Shown piece after piece: positions 26,701-37,605 of a stretch of DNA of 64,000 nt. Source of the stretch: Macrostomum hystrix (taxonomy: Eukaryota; Animalia; Platyhelminthes); NCBI GenBank assembly GCA_950097015.1, contig CATNEN010000025.1:9052001-9116000 (forward strand), read 5' to 3'. The notes under the pieces were generated by a model, which was not told the DNA's origin, did not search any database, and saw nothing but the letters and a program-made list of their open reading frames with translations. Within the stretch, counting starts at the first letter, position 1, and each line of letters opens with the position of its first letter. A program made the position numbers and the translations under genes.

Positions 26701-29304
26701 AAACTGACTAATACTGACACGAACTGACTAATACTGACACGAACTGCTAATACTGACACGAACTGACTAATACTGACACGAACTGACTAATACTGACACG
26801 AACTGACTAATACTGACACGAACTGGCTAATACTGACACGAACTGACTAACACTGACACGAACTGACTAATACTGACACAAACTGACTAATACTGACACG
26901 AACTGACTAATACTGACACGAACTGACTAATACTGACTCAAACTGACTAATACTGACACGAACTGACTAATACTGACAAAAACGGACTGATACTGACACG
27001 AACTGACTAATACTGACAAAAACGGACTGATACTGACACGAACTGACTAATACTGACAAAAACGGACTAATACTGACACGAACTGACTAATACTGATTCG
27101 AACTGACTAATACTGACACGAAATGACTAATACTGACACGAACTTCTAATACTGACACGAACTGACTAATACTGACACGAACTGACTAATACTGACACGA
27201 ACTGACTAATACTGACACGAACTGGCTAATACTGACACGAACTGACTAATACTGACACGAACTGACTAATACTGACTCAAACTGACTAATACTGACACGA
27301 ACTGACTAATACTGACTCAAACTGACTAATACTGACACGAACTGACTAATACTGACTCAAACTGACTAATACTGACACGAACTGACTAATACTGACAAAA
27401 ACGGACTGATACTGACACGAACTGACTAATACTGACAAAAACGGACTGATACTGACACGAACTGACTAATACTGACAAAAACGGACTAATACTGACAAAA
27501 ACTGACTAATACTGACACGAACTGACTAATACTGATTCGAACTGACTAATACTGACACGAAATGACTAATACTGACACGAACTTCTAATACTGACACGAA
27601 CTGACTAATACTGACACGAACTGACTAATACTGACACGAACTGACTAATACTGACACGAACTGGCTAATACTGACACGAACTGACTAATACTGACACGAA
27701 CTGACTAATACTGACAAAAACGGACTGATACTGACACGAACTGACTAATACTGACAAAAACGGACTAATACTGACAAAAACTGACTAATACTGACACGAA
27801 CTGACTAATACTGATTCGAACTGACTAATACTGACACGAAATGACTAATACTGACACGAACTGACTAATACTGACACGAACTGACTAATACTGACACGAA
27901 CTGACTAATACTGACACGAACTGACTAACACTGACACGAACTGACTAATACTGACACAAACTGACTAATACTGACACGAACTGACTAATACTGACACAAA
28001 CTGACTAATACTGACACGAACTGACTAATACTGACAAAAACGGACTGATACTGACACGAACTGACTAATACTGACAAAAACGGACTAATACTGACAAAAA
28101 CGGACTAATACTGACACGAACTGACTAATACTGACACGAACTGACTAATACTGATTCGAACTGACTAATACTGACAAAAACTGACTAATACTGACACAAA
28201 CTGACTAATACTGACACGAAATGACTAATACTGACACGAACTGACTAATACTGACACGAACTGACTAATACTGAAAAAAACGGACTAATACTGACACGAA
28301 CTGACTAATACTGACAAAAACGGACTAATACTGACAAAAACGGACTAATACTGACACGAACTGACTAATACTGACACGAACTGACTAAACCTGATATGAA
28401 CTGACTAAACCTGACATGAACTGACTAAACCTGACATGAACTGACTAAACCTGACACGAACTGACTAAACCTGACATGAACTGACTAAACCTGACATGAA
28501 CTGACTAAACCTGACACGAACTGACTAAACCTGACATGAACTGACTAAACCTGACACGAACTGACTAATACTGACACGAACTGACTAAACCTGACATGAA
28601 CTGACTAAACCTGACACGAAATGACTACACCTGACATGCACTGGCTAGTCATGCCACAAACGAATGTCTAAATCATCAGTCACTAAAATGTGAACCAACG
28701 AAAGCAAACGTTGGATAAGCATGCAAAAAGAGGTTAATAAACTTTGTTAAAAAAGAACTCACTGCATGGCTAAACCTATTGAGAAAGTTGCGTAAGTCGC
28801 CGAAATCGCATAGCTCCATTAGGTAGCCCGTGAACTTGTTGTTGCTAATGTACAAGCCGTGCACTTTTACAAAATGTCGTGACTGATCACCGAGATTCTT
28901 AAGAATAGCAATTTCCTTCTGTAGCTTCTTTAGTGCCCTGATGTAATAGTTAATATAGTTAATGTAATAGTGATGTAACCGAAAAGTTTCATAGATGCAT
29001 TCAGAAGATCCAGATCCAGTCATTTACAAAGAAATTTACTCACCACTGAAATTCAGCCGACTCTGGACTTTTGAGCATTTTGATAGCACAACTTATGTAT
29101 CTCCATGTGCATGAGTAGATTTCACCAAATGATCCATGAGCTTAAAATATTAATTAATATTAATAAATAATGGTATACAACACGCCAATCCAAAATAATA
29201 TATTTATTAAAGCATTAGACTGCGGCAAACTTACCAATGAATTTTAAATTAGTAACCTCTTCATCCCTCACAAAACTAAGCTTAGAGTTGCTCAGATCAG
29301 ACAT
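23797..29304 (-). CDS. Protein kinase (TKL/RIPK-like) with a C-terminal death-domain-like region, 6 exons
   Basis: Exons 29304-29235 (MSDLSNSK...KFI), 29140-29044 (AHGSFGEIY...CAIK), 28937-28763 (QKEIAIL...LMELCDFGDL), 26664-26479 (HKDLAIDNVL), 25548-25243 (LSDFG...RPPE...DRFLFGICLCE), 24507-23797 (RPEDRPSF, then GDWARLRCALHL...LTFRRLGTSLKTINCQEALALM). All splice phases are consistent. Confidence 0.88.
24700..25150. repeat. Intronic minisatellite, 32-bp unit AAATCCCAAGCCCGAAGAATCCCACACCTGAT
   Basis: Period 32 at 24901/24933; degenerate copies run toward the donor at 25242. Confidence 0.97.
25600..26300. repeat. Intronic minisatellite, 21-bp unit GGTCAGACTGTTATCCCCTYT
   Basis: Period 21 at 25686/25707/25728. 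Confidence 0.97.
26655..28640. repeat. Intronic minisatellite, 20-bp unit ACTGACTAATACTGACACGA, overlapping the exon-4 acceptor of the kinase
   Basis: Tandem repeat with higher-order blocks; the unit continues into the coding sequence at 26655-26664. Confidence 0.97.
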
Positions 29305-29639
29305 GATAAAGGCACTGGAGAAGGGATCAGGTATCAAATTAGAGCATGTGATGTGGGCTGAAATGCTTTAAGTCTGAAACTGTTTTTACGGCTGAAATTT
29401 CTTGTGGTTGTAACAACCAGAATTCAATATTAACAATTTGTTACTTTATAAGACATTTAATACATAATGCCACCATTACTAGAATATTGATGTTTAAATG
29501 CAATTAGGGCCTAAACATTTTTGTTCACAAATCACAGTGACTACTGCTTAACAAGTTTTTATATCTAATAATGAACTTAGTACTTAAGCAATATGTTTTC
29601 ATAAGCATTCCAATATGCACAAAAATATTAAGCTCCTAT

Positions 29640-29754
29640 TTACCTAGAAGTAGACTGTAGCTAATTTACAAGATTAGCAATTTTTCATGATTTATATAAT
29701 TAGCAATTAACAATTGCTAATCATATAAATCAGCTACAGTCTACTTCTAGGTAA
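29640..29754. repeat. Inverted repeat (23-bp outer arms plus an imperfect inner palindrome)
   Basis: TTACCTAGAAGTAGACTGTAGCT (29640-29662) pairs with AGCTACAGTCTACTTCTAGGTAA (29732-29754); inner GATTTATATAATTAGCAATT pairs imperfectly with AATTGCTAATCATATAAATC. Confidence 0.85.
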
Positions 29755-30799
29755 CTAGAAGTAACAAGAAGAAGGTAACTAGGTAACTAGACTACTTCTA
29801 GTCTACTGGGCCTGGCAATATTAAGTTTTAGTACAATAATCCTAGATTTAGACATGTTCTAACAGTTTCTACTTTTCTGAATTAAAGTTCTTGTAATGTA
29901 GGGGGCCTAAATATTGCTTAGAAATTTTTTGCCTTGAATTCAAACTTAATAATAGCTAGGCATATATCTATTATATAATAATAAAAATAAAAATAATTTT
30001 ATGAGGCCTATATTACAATTGTATAAAACAAATGTATAATCAGCTAAATAAGTTGAGAAAAATAGTTAGCAAAGTAGAATCTAAAAAACCAATTGATAAT
30101 CTAAGCTTCATAAATAATATAATAAAGTTTTAGGGAAACAGAATTAATGTAAAGGAGGGCATAATAAAATAAAATAGTAATGTGTTTCGCTCTTGAAATC
30201 GAGGACGAAAATATAGCAATAATTTGTAAAAATTCAATACATTTTCACCAACTCAGAATTTAGTTTAAACAAACATTTTATACCTTTGCAATACAGAAAA
30301 ATTTTCTCTTTCATCACTTACATTACATATACAATGATGGGATTAAAACAACTACAAATACTAATTAGACTAATATTCGTTGCTATGACGATCTTTCTTG
30401 GAAGTTTTATTTCTTAAAATCCCGCCAAGGTTGTTTAGATCGTTGTTAAAATAAGTACCTTAGACAACACAATTTGAGGACTTAGGTCTAGAAATCTGCT
30501 TCAATTATTGAGACTTCGAATTAAAAATATCCTTCTCACTTCTGTATAATATATAAATGCGAAACGTTACAATTAAGCGAAAAAACTTGCCGGTCTCGCC
30601 TTAACTACATGTATATTTGAACTAGCCCAATAACTGCTTCGTGGGAATTGATTGCAGTGCATATGGATCGGCCTTTTTCAGTAAAATATCTTATTTTTTA
30701 CTTTATGTACAACAAATGACACAGCTGGACATCGACAAAATCACACTAATACAGTTTATTTTTGCACAACATTTTATGTTGGTTTTTGTTTTGAAATAA

Positions 30800-30875
30800 T
30801 TTTGCTCGGACTGAGATTCGAACTCCCGACCTATCCCTCAGAAGAACTAGCAGGCCCTTAAACATACGGATCAGG
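30800..30875 (-). other. Degenerate tRNA-like / SINE-head fragment
   Basis: Minus strand reads ...GGTCGGGAGTTCGAATCTCAGTCCGAGC (B-box plus T-arm); the A-box is degenerate. Confidence 0.35.
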
Positions 30876-30939
30876 GTTTGTCTCGAAGTCAAGTCTAACT
30901 GCACCTTGACCAATTACGCTCCAGAAATGATGGCTCGGA

Positions 30940-31115
30940 TGGTCGCGGTCAGAACCGGGAACCAACTGTACGCACGGCAGGCACCATTGTGATGAAGCTG
31001 GATTGAGGAGGACAGGCGTCTCATTGTGAGGGATCGCGAGCTTGCAGAAGAGACAGGTCTCAGATCTCATAAATTCCACAATTAATGAGATCCTGGTCCA
31101 CGATCAGATATTTCT
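30940..31115 (+). pseudogene. Relic of a Tc1/mariner transposase HTH region
   Basis: Broken frames give REPTVRTAGTI, IEEDRRLIVR(DR)ELAEETGL and TINEILVHD, resembling the mariner DRR-T-R-E-A-G-S-T--IL motif. Confidence 0.4.
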
Positions 31116-32183
31116 AGAGTTTTTTACAGTTTACAGAGATTTGGGCAGTTTTTGAAGCCATCGAATCCTAGCTCCTATCATTCTTAGATCCTACACTAAA
31201 GAAGTATTGAATAGCAGCAGAATCAACTGGAGAAAATATTTTGAGTCCGTTGTTTCGCACTTACTCAGTTACCTGTACTTAACTGATCATTGTATAGGTA
31301 CTATATATACTCGTATTAAATTAATCGTAGAGAAAATAAAGTTCGACGTACACAGCTGTCAAGACAGAAAAAATGCACTTTTATCAATAGAAAATCTAAA
31401 AGGTGGGCGGGATTCAAAGTTTTATTTAGTGAACTTAATATATCTCGTTTCTGATACACACATGAATTGATTAAAACTTGCATCCAGACTGCACTAGATT
31501 AGAGGCACTTAAACATAGGCATTGAAATGTTTTGATTGGCAAAATGACGCTCACACAATACTCTGTTAACAGTAGAACTACCAAGGGGCCGGCCCCTGAC
31601 AATTTTTTACTGCACCCGAACGGAACAATGCAAGCGCACGAAACTCAAGAACACGGGCCAACTTTTTGTTGCGTATCTTCTGAAAAAAAAAACAAGTCGC
31701 CAGCTCTTCAGACCGTCGATATATTCAATGTTTCTGGCCGAAGGTCCGATTTTTCCCATAAGAGCTAGTGTATTTCATACACCCCTATACACGATTTTGC
31801 ACTGCGCCTCAGTGCGGCCTTTCCATACCTTCAAACTTTATCAGCATGTCACCCGAATGTGCTTGCATCATCTCCGACTTCGGCGGTCACCGACCTTTAT
31901 CTAGATCTATCTCTCTTATCTATCTAGACCTTCAAGAGCTACAAGATGTGGAACTAGGCCACTATGGACACCCTGACATGCTGTGCACATATTATGGAAT
32001 TTGACCATAGACAATAGCACAGCGTGCATATCTATGGAATTCGACCATAGACAACAGCAGAGGGCGGGCTGCCGTTAGTTTCAACCTCGTTTCAACATGC
32101 GTAGGCTAACTACAACACGAGTTCATTCGCAGAAAAACCAGTCCAGCAAACAGCATCTATGGCCGCACTTTTAACAGAGCCGC

Positions 32184-33182
32184 TCAGCAAGGAGTGAGCC
32201 GACGGTCGTCACGACGAGCGCCGGAGCACAGCGTCGCTAGACGATCGCGCACAGACGCATTGAAGGACACAGTGAGGCAGGGCACAGCGGCCGAGTTGAT
32301 GTAGAAGACAACATACAGACAGTAATCCTGGCGTATGTCAGCTACATTCTCCAGCGTCATGGGTACTAGACTCAGCAGCTGGATGAGGTTGCCGACTGCC
32401 AGACCAATGAGCGAAAGCCGAAGAGCGCGACGATCGCCGCCACCATCGGCCGTCTCCGAGCGCCGCAGTTTGAGAGCGATTCCAGTCGCGATGTAGGAGC
32501 CCGCCGATATAATGTAGAGTATGATGGCTATACCAGCTTTGACAAGAGCGTTAACGCGAGTCTGTTCACGCAGGTGATCGCAGGCGGCCTGAGGTGTTTC
32601 AGTGTATGCAAGGCCATACCATCGCCATAACTGCATGCCCAGCTCAGCAGTTGCCATAGCAACTAGGACAACGCTAGCTACGCTTATGGCAAGTCGACGA
32701 CCCCACACGCGACTGGTGGGCGCAGCGACCGCCAAAAGTCTGTCGACTGCCAGCAGGCAGTACGCGAAAATCTCCGCCCCGATGGTCACGTCACGCATGC
32801 TGACCAGCACGGTGAGGAAGCTGGGCCGTCGCGTCTCCATCGGATTCTCGAGCTCGCTAGTCCAGCTCGAGTCCACCACAGCGGCACCGTAGAGCCGGTT
32901 GTGTCGCCCGACGCCCAGACGGAAGAGCAGCAGCAGCAGCACGAGCGCTGCGAGCAGTTCGCAGCCGCACAGCAGCTGGGTGAGGCTCCGATAAGTGGCT
33001 CGCCGAATGGCGCCGTTCCTGCCGCCCACCAGGCCGGCCACCGCGCAGTTGCCGAGCACGGCTAGGCAAACCACAAACGGGTAGGCGATGAAGAAGCACC
33101 AGGTGCCTAGAGTAGCTTGAAAGTAGCCGGGGGAGAATTCCAGGCATCCACTGGTTGTTGTCGTGTTGTTGCCGCTCTGCAT
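32184..33182 (-). CDS. Intronless divergent class-A (rhodopsin-like) GPCR, copy 1
   Basis: 332 aa; N-glycosylation NNT at the N-terminus; TM1 LAVLGNC; TM3 LLAVDRLLAV; seven hydrophobic segments; TM7 INSAAVPCL replaces NPxxY. Confidence 0.85.
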   Translation of the reverse strand: MQSGNNTTTTSGCLEFSPGYFQATLGTWCFFIAYPFVVCLAVLGNCAVAGLVGGRNGAIRRATYRSLTQLLCGCELLAALVLLLLLFRLGVGRHNRLYGAAVVDSSWTSELENPMETRRPSFLTVLVSMRDVTIGAEIFAYCLLAVDRLLAVAAPTSRVWGRRLAISVASVVLVAMATAELGMQLWRWYGLAYTETPQAACDHLREQTRVNALVKAGIAIILYIISAGSYIATGIALKLRRSETADGGGDRRALRLSLIGLAVGNLIQLLSLVPMTLENVADIRQDYCLYVVFYINSAAVPCLTVSFNASVRDRLATLCSGARRDDRRLTPC

Positions 33183-35340
33183 GCCGTTGGCTTCAGGTTG
33201 ATTGCATTTGCAGCATCCGTCTGAGTGTTAGTAGTGTTGTTTCAGAGTCGAGCCGTCCCAATCAGCTGGGCATGAGCTTATTAGAAAATTGAGCTTGAGT
33301 ATCTCTGAGCGCTGCCAGTGCGGATGCAATTTACCCTGCATCTCAGCTTCCCATTGGTTAATTGTTTCTCACTCTCTAGAGTCTGAGCATTTTTCTGAGC
33401 ACTTGCAGTTTTTACATTCGCAACATTTTGAATCCACGTTAAACCACGCCGGAAGCTGATCCTGATTCCCTCATCGCTTTTTGCAGTTGGAGTTTCCTGT
33501 TTTCTATGGGATTCAAACAAATTCCGAGTTAAAGCGTGAGCTCACTTTTTATTCGATCCTGTCTACCTTTAACACCGAGAGGTAGTGCTAAAAGCAAAAT
33601 AATGAAGAAGTCATTACATAAGTGTTGCTAAGGAAGCCATCTTGTGTAGAAACTCTGAGATTTGCAGGAAGCCATTGTTACGTTTCCTGTCAATAGTGAC
33701 GAGTGTTTTTTACGAGAAAGGTTTTCAGTCAAACAAAAATCACAGACAATAATACCAGCTGGAATGGACGAATGAATGGCGCGAATTTGAAGTCCAACTG
33801 TTAGCGAGAAAATTCGCTACGGCAAAACAGTTTTGGTCTTACATTTACCAGCTGGGGAACGACCACGAGTGTGTATTTCAAAATACCCACTTCCCACTTC
33901 ACGATAACCGATTTTCGTGAAAGTCCAAAATATGGATCTAAGTTTCCGCCCTTTACGATGAACTAACTTTCAAAGCTGTCTTACGTCAGCATCGTCGAGA
34001 TGTTTATTGATTCTTGTCGAAGACTCTGGTGGCAATATGACAACCAACATTGCTCTGTACAAACCTCTATTGTGAATCCATATTGGTTCAGATACATAAT
34101 AATTAACAATATAAGCAACAATTAATAATAGCCGACTTGGTTGCACGATTAAATTTTGTGAGCAGAAAATTTATGGCTATATTGGTGGTTTTCGCCACCA
34201 GACACCCCGACGAGAATCGTTGAATATCTCGACAATGCCGATGTTTTGTCATTCTGGAAGTTATTCATCAGTGACAGCGGAAAAGCCCGGATTTTCAAAG
34301 CGACTGGTTGAATATTTTAGGATATTAAAAATGAAAATCATTGGCATTTGAAATAACCCGTTCACTTTTAATTTGTTCACTTTTTAGCTCATCAACACTT
34401 GTCATACACTATTACGTGCGTTTCACGGCTAAAGCTGCGGGAGTCAAAAACGTCCAGCACAAATTTAGATTTGAAATGAAGGATTGTAGAAAAAAAAATG
34501 AATCCAAAAAATACCGTCACCCGTTGATTATAAATAAAAGCAATATTTTGAAGATAAATATGGGAGAATCGATGTAATCAATTGGTCCAAATTTGTCTAT
34601 TCATATTGTTAGATTTTGCATTCCATCAATTTGTCAATCAATTTAATGGTTTCTCATTATTGCACTCGTATTCACAAAACAGATGTAGTTCGCCCTCATT
34701 TACTTCAATTCTAAGCATCCGCGAGAGTCAAATCCGCACACTGCCTCCTGCTGCTGCAGCCGTTGCTAGGACGCTACGCCGTTAGCAACCAGGTGCTTTC
34801 GTCTAATTGCAGTAAGGCATAGTGTATAGACTGAGCAAATAAGTACAATGGGATTGGAAGTTAGAAGAAGTGAAGCATGAGAATGATTAAACACCTCTAG
34901 GTAGAATTGGCAGAGAAATCGCTTAAAAACTATGTTTGACTCTATCGCTGCTAACAAATTAGTTGGCAATTTAATCGCTGAAATGTCCTTTCTAGATTTA
35001 CTGTCAATATAGCAACAAGTTCGCTAAAATTGTTGAGAAATGAGAACTCGACAGATTTTCAACGCTACCATCCAAAAGTTCGAAGCTTTGGGAAAAAAAT
35101 AATTTTATTAACTTCCTTATTTACCACAATTAACTAATCGATTTCTTATTAGATCTAAGAAGTTTGCAATTAAGGCACCTAAATTCTTGAAGGCAGTACC
35201 GGTGCACCTGTACTCAATTCGGAATTATTAAACCAGAAGGAAGTAAAACTGGTGTTTTTAAAGTGCCTCACGGCAAGCACTGCAAAGAGATCTTGACTAG
35301 CTTTCTATCGATTTCGTCCTTATGGAAATATTGGAACTTT

Positions 35341-35559
35341 ACCGGTTAATGGCGGTCGATCGAGGCGCGTAGCGCCGAGATCGTAATCGCCATTAACTGC
35401 GAGGCAGCCAACCGGTAAAAGCATTATAAGGCTTCAGGCCATAGACAAATCAACTCCCCCTATAACGCTATCTGGCGGCTGTCGGTCGACAAGCAACGGC
35501 GTTATAGGGGGAGTTGATTTGTCTATGGCCTGAAGCCTTATAATGCTTTTACCGGTTGG
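35341..35559. repeat. Hairpin (35345-35397) followed by a perfect 61-bp inverted repeat (35408-35468 / 35499-35559); possible MITE or foldback
   Basis: Arms CCAACCGGTAAAAGCATTATAAGGCTTCAGGCCATAGACAAATCAACTCCCCCTATAACGC and its exact reverse complement, with a 30-bp loop. Confidence 0.85.
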
Positions 35560-36001
35560 TAAAATACTTTAATTGATAATTGAAAAGAAACAAATATAAG
35601 CGTTCGATCCAAGTTCGATTCGAAACAAGTTCTCAGTCGTTCTGACGGCCACAGATAAATGAATAAACGGGAGAGATTATATACTTATCTATCTGATAGA
35701 GTCAGTAGATTATTGCGTGTCATTTCGTGCCCAGTATCAAGTCAATCAAGCAAGAACGCCAGCGAGAAAGCAATCTCGGCTGCTCATACAGGTGCCTACA
35801 CACTCGAAAAACAGTCACAAAGAATTCGGACAATTGCAGCCTTTTTAATGCCGTATAAACACAATCCTCACGACAATACTCCATGTCTCGGTATGAGCAT
35901 GCAAAATCATTGTTGCTGTGCCGTGAAATCAAGCAAATAGCCTTCACGTTAAGTCATAATTTCACAAGAAATTAAAAATGTTTCTATATTTTGATAGCTT
36001 A

Positions 36002-36071
36002 GCCATGGACGTCTCTAGTTAGAATCCAACTAGAGACGATTCTAACGATTCTAACTAGAGACGTCCATGGC
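36002..36071. mobile_element. 70-bp Tourist/PIF-Harbinger-like MITE
   Basis: 25-bp perfect TIR GCCATGGACGTCTCTAGTTAGAATC; direct TTA on both sides (35999-36001 and 36072-36074). Confidence 0.7.
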
Positions 36072-36236
36072 TTAGCCCTATACATCTGAATAGTAAATCA
36101 AAGGTGAAGAAAAAAGTGAAGCAAATAAAACATTTCGCTTCGGACAAAATATTGAATCTAAAATCCAACCGGATGACAAGCAATCAGGTCATGCGCTCAC
36201 TATGCCTTTTAGTTTTAGATTTTTGGCCAGCTCAGC

Positions 36237-36602
36237 AGGGGGTTGGTGGCAGAGTGGTTAACGCGAGATGTGATTCTCGCGACAATATCCCTAAGTTCGA
36301 TTCTGCGACGAGGCCACATTCATTTGGGGCGCAGCCGCGGAGAGGAGGCTTGGGGGCTTGTCGTGCAATTTACGTCCTTGAGGGCCAACCTCCAAGGCAC
36401 AGAGAAATGTACACTGCCAGACGATGAGAAATTCAGGGCAGATGTACACACCTGTGGGAGCGTGTCCCTACGTACAGTATCTGTGTGCTTTGTGCTCTGG
36501 AGTCAGCGAAATGGGCAAAATTGCCTCTCGCTGGCTGCATGTCTAGTGTCACCAAATGATGAGCCATTGCCCGCAGCCCTCCTGCAATTATTATTATTTT
36601 TT
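36237..36602 (+). mobile_element. Full-length tRNA-derived SINE, family 1
   Basis: A-box TGGCAGAGTGG (36247), B-box GTTCGATTC (36295), (ATT)n tail, TSD GCCAGCTCAGC (36226-36236 and 36603-36613). Related copies at 4260-4720, 61840-61950 and 62052-62380. Confidence 0.88.
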
Positions 36603-36619
36603 GCCAGCTCAGCCCGGAG

Positions 36620-37605
36620 CTATTTGACGGTTGCGCCGTCGAGAGGCGCAGCACAATGTCGGTGGCGCACAGACGCGTTGAAGGCCACAGTGAGGCAGGG
36701 CACAGCGGCCGAGTTCACAAAAAGTACAAAGTAGAGGCAGTGATCCTGGCGCATATTCGACACATTCTCGAGCGTCATCGGTACTAGACTCAGCAGCTGG
36801 ATGAGGTTGCCGACTGCCAGACCAATGAGCGAAAGCCGAAGAGCGCGACGATCGCCGCCACCATCGGCCGTCTCCGAGCGCCGCAGTTTGAGAGCGATTC
36901 CAGTCGCGATGTAGGAGCCCGCCGAAGCAATGTACAGAAAAATAGCCATGCCTGCCTTTGCGATAGCGTTGATTCGAGTCTGTTCACGCAGGTGATCGCA
37001 GGCGGCCTGAGGTGTTTCAGTGTATGCAAGGCCATACCATCGCCATAACTGCATGCCCAGCTCAGCAGTTGCCATAGCAACTAGGACAACGCTAGCTACG
37101 CTTATGGCAAGTCGACGACCCCACATGCGACTGGTGGGCGCAGCGACCGCCAAAAGTCTGTCGACTGCCAGCAGGCAGTACGCGAAAATCTCCGCCCCGA
37201 TGGTCACGTCACGCATGCTGACCAGCACGGTGAGGAAGCTGGGCCGTCGCGTCTCCATCGGATTCTCGAGCTCGCTAGTCCAGCTCGAGTCCACCACAGC
37301 GGCACCGTAGAGCCGGTTGTGTCGCCCGACGCCCAGACGGAAGAGCAGCAGCAGCAGCACGAGCGCTGCGAGCAGTTCGCAGCCGCACAGCAGCTGGGTG
37401 AGGCTCCGATAAGTGGCTCGCCGAATGGCGCCGTTCCTGCCGCCTACCAGGCCGGCCACCGCGCAGTTGCCGAGCACGGCCAGGCATACCACAAACGGGT
37501 AGGCGATGAAGACACAAGAGCTGCTAAGCTGTGTGCGAAATTGCTGATGGGTGAGAATTCCCGGCACCCTGATGGCGCCGCTGTTGTGCTGTTACTAGTT
37601 GACAT
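36620..37605 (-). pseudogene. GPCR copy 2: paralog of 32184-33182 with a 1-nt frameshift near 37523 and an altered C-terminus
   Basis: ATG at 37605 gives MSTSNSTTAAPSGCREFSP, which aligns to copy-1 MQSGNNTTTTSGCLEFSP but is out of frame with FIAYP (TTAGCAGC versus expected TTA GGC AGC). A small deletion changes the C-terminal frame. Could also be an assembly indel. Confidence 0.7.

Noticed and set aside
33770-34320. Possible hAT transposase relic (KQFWSYIY, DVLSFWK)
   Set aside because: Only short FW-type motifs, many stops, and no TIRs found.
34762-34789. RFX X-box-like half sites (GTTGCTAGG, GTTAGCAAC) upstream of GPCR copy 1
   Set aside because: Not a full palindromic X-box and 1.6 kb from the ATG; compatible with chance.
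37540-37567. ORF-track start MPGILTHQQ for GPCR copy 2
   Set aside because: It begins at GTG; the homologous ATG is at 37605 in another frame.
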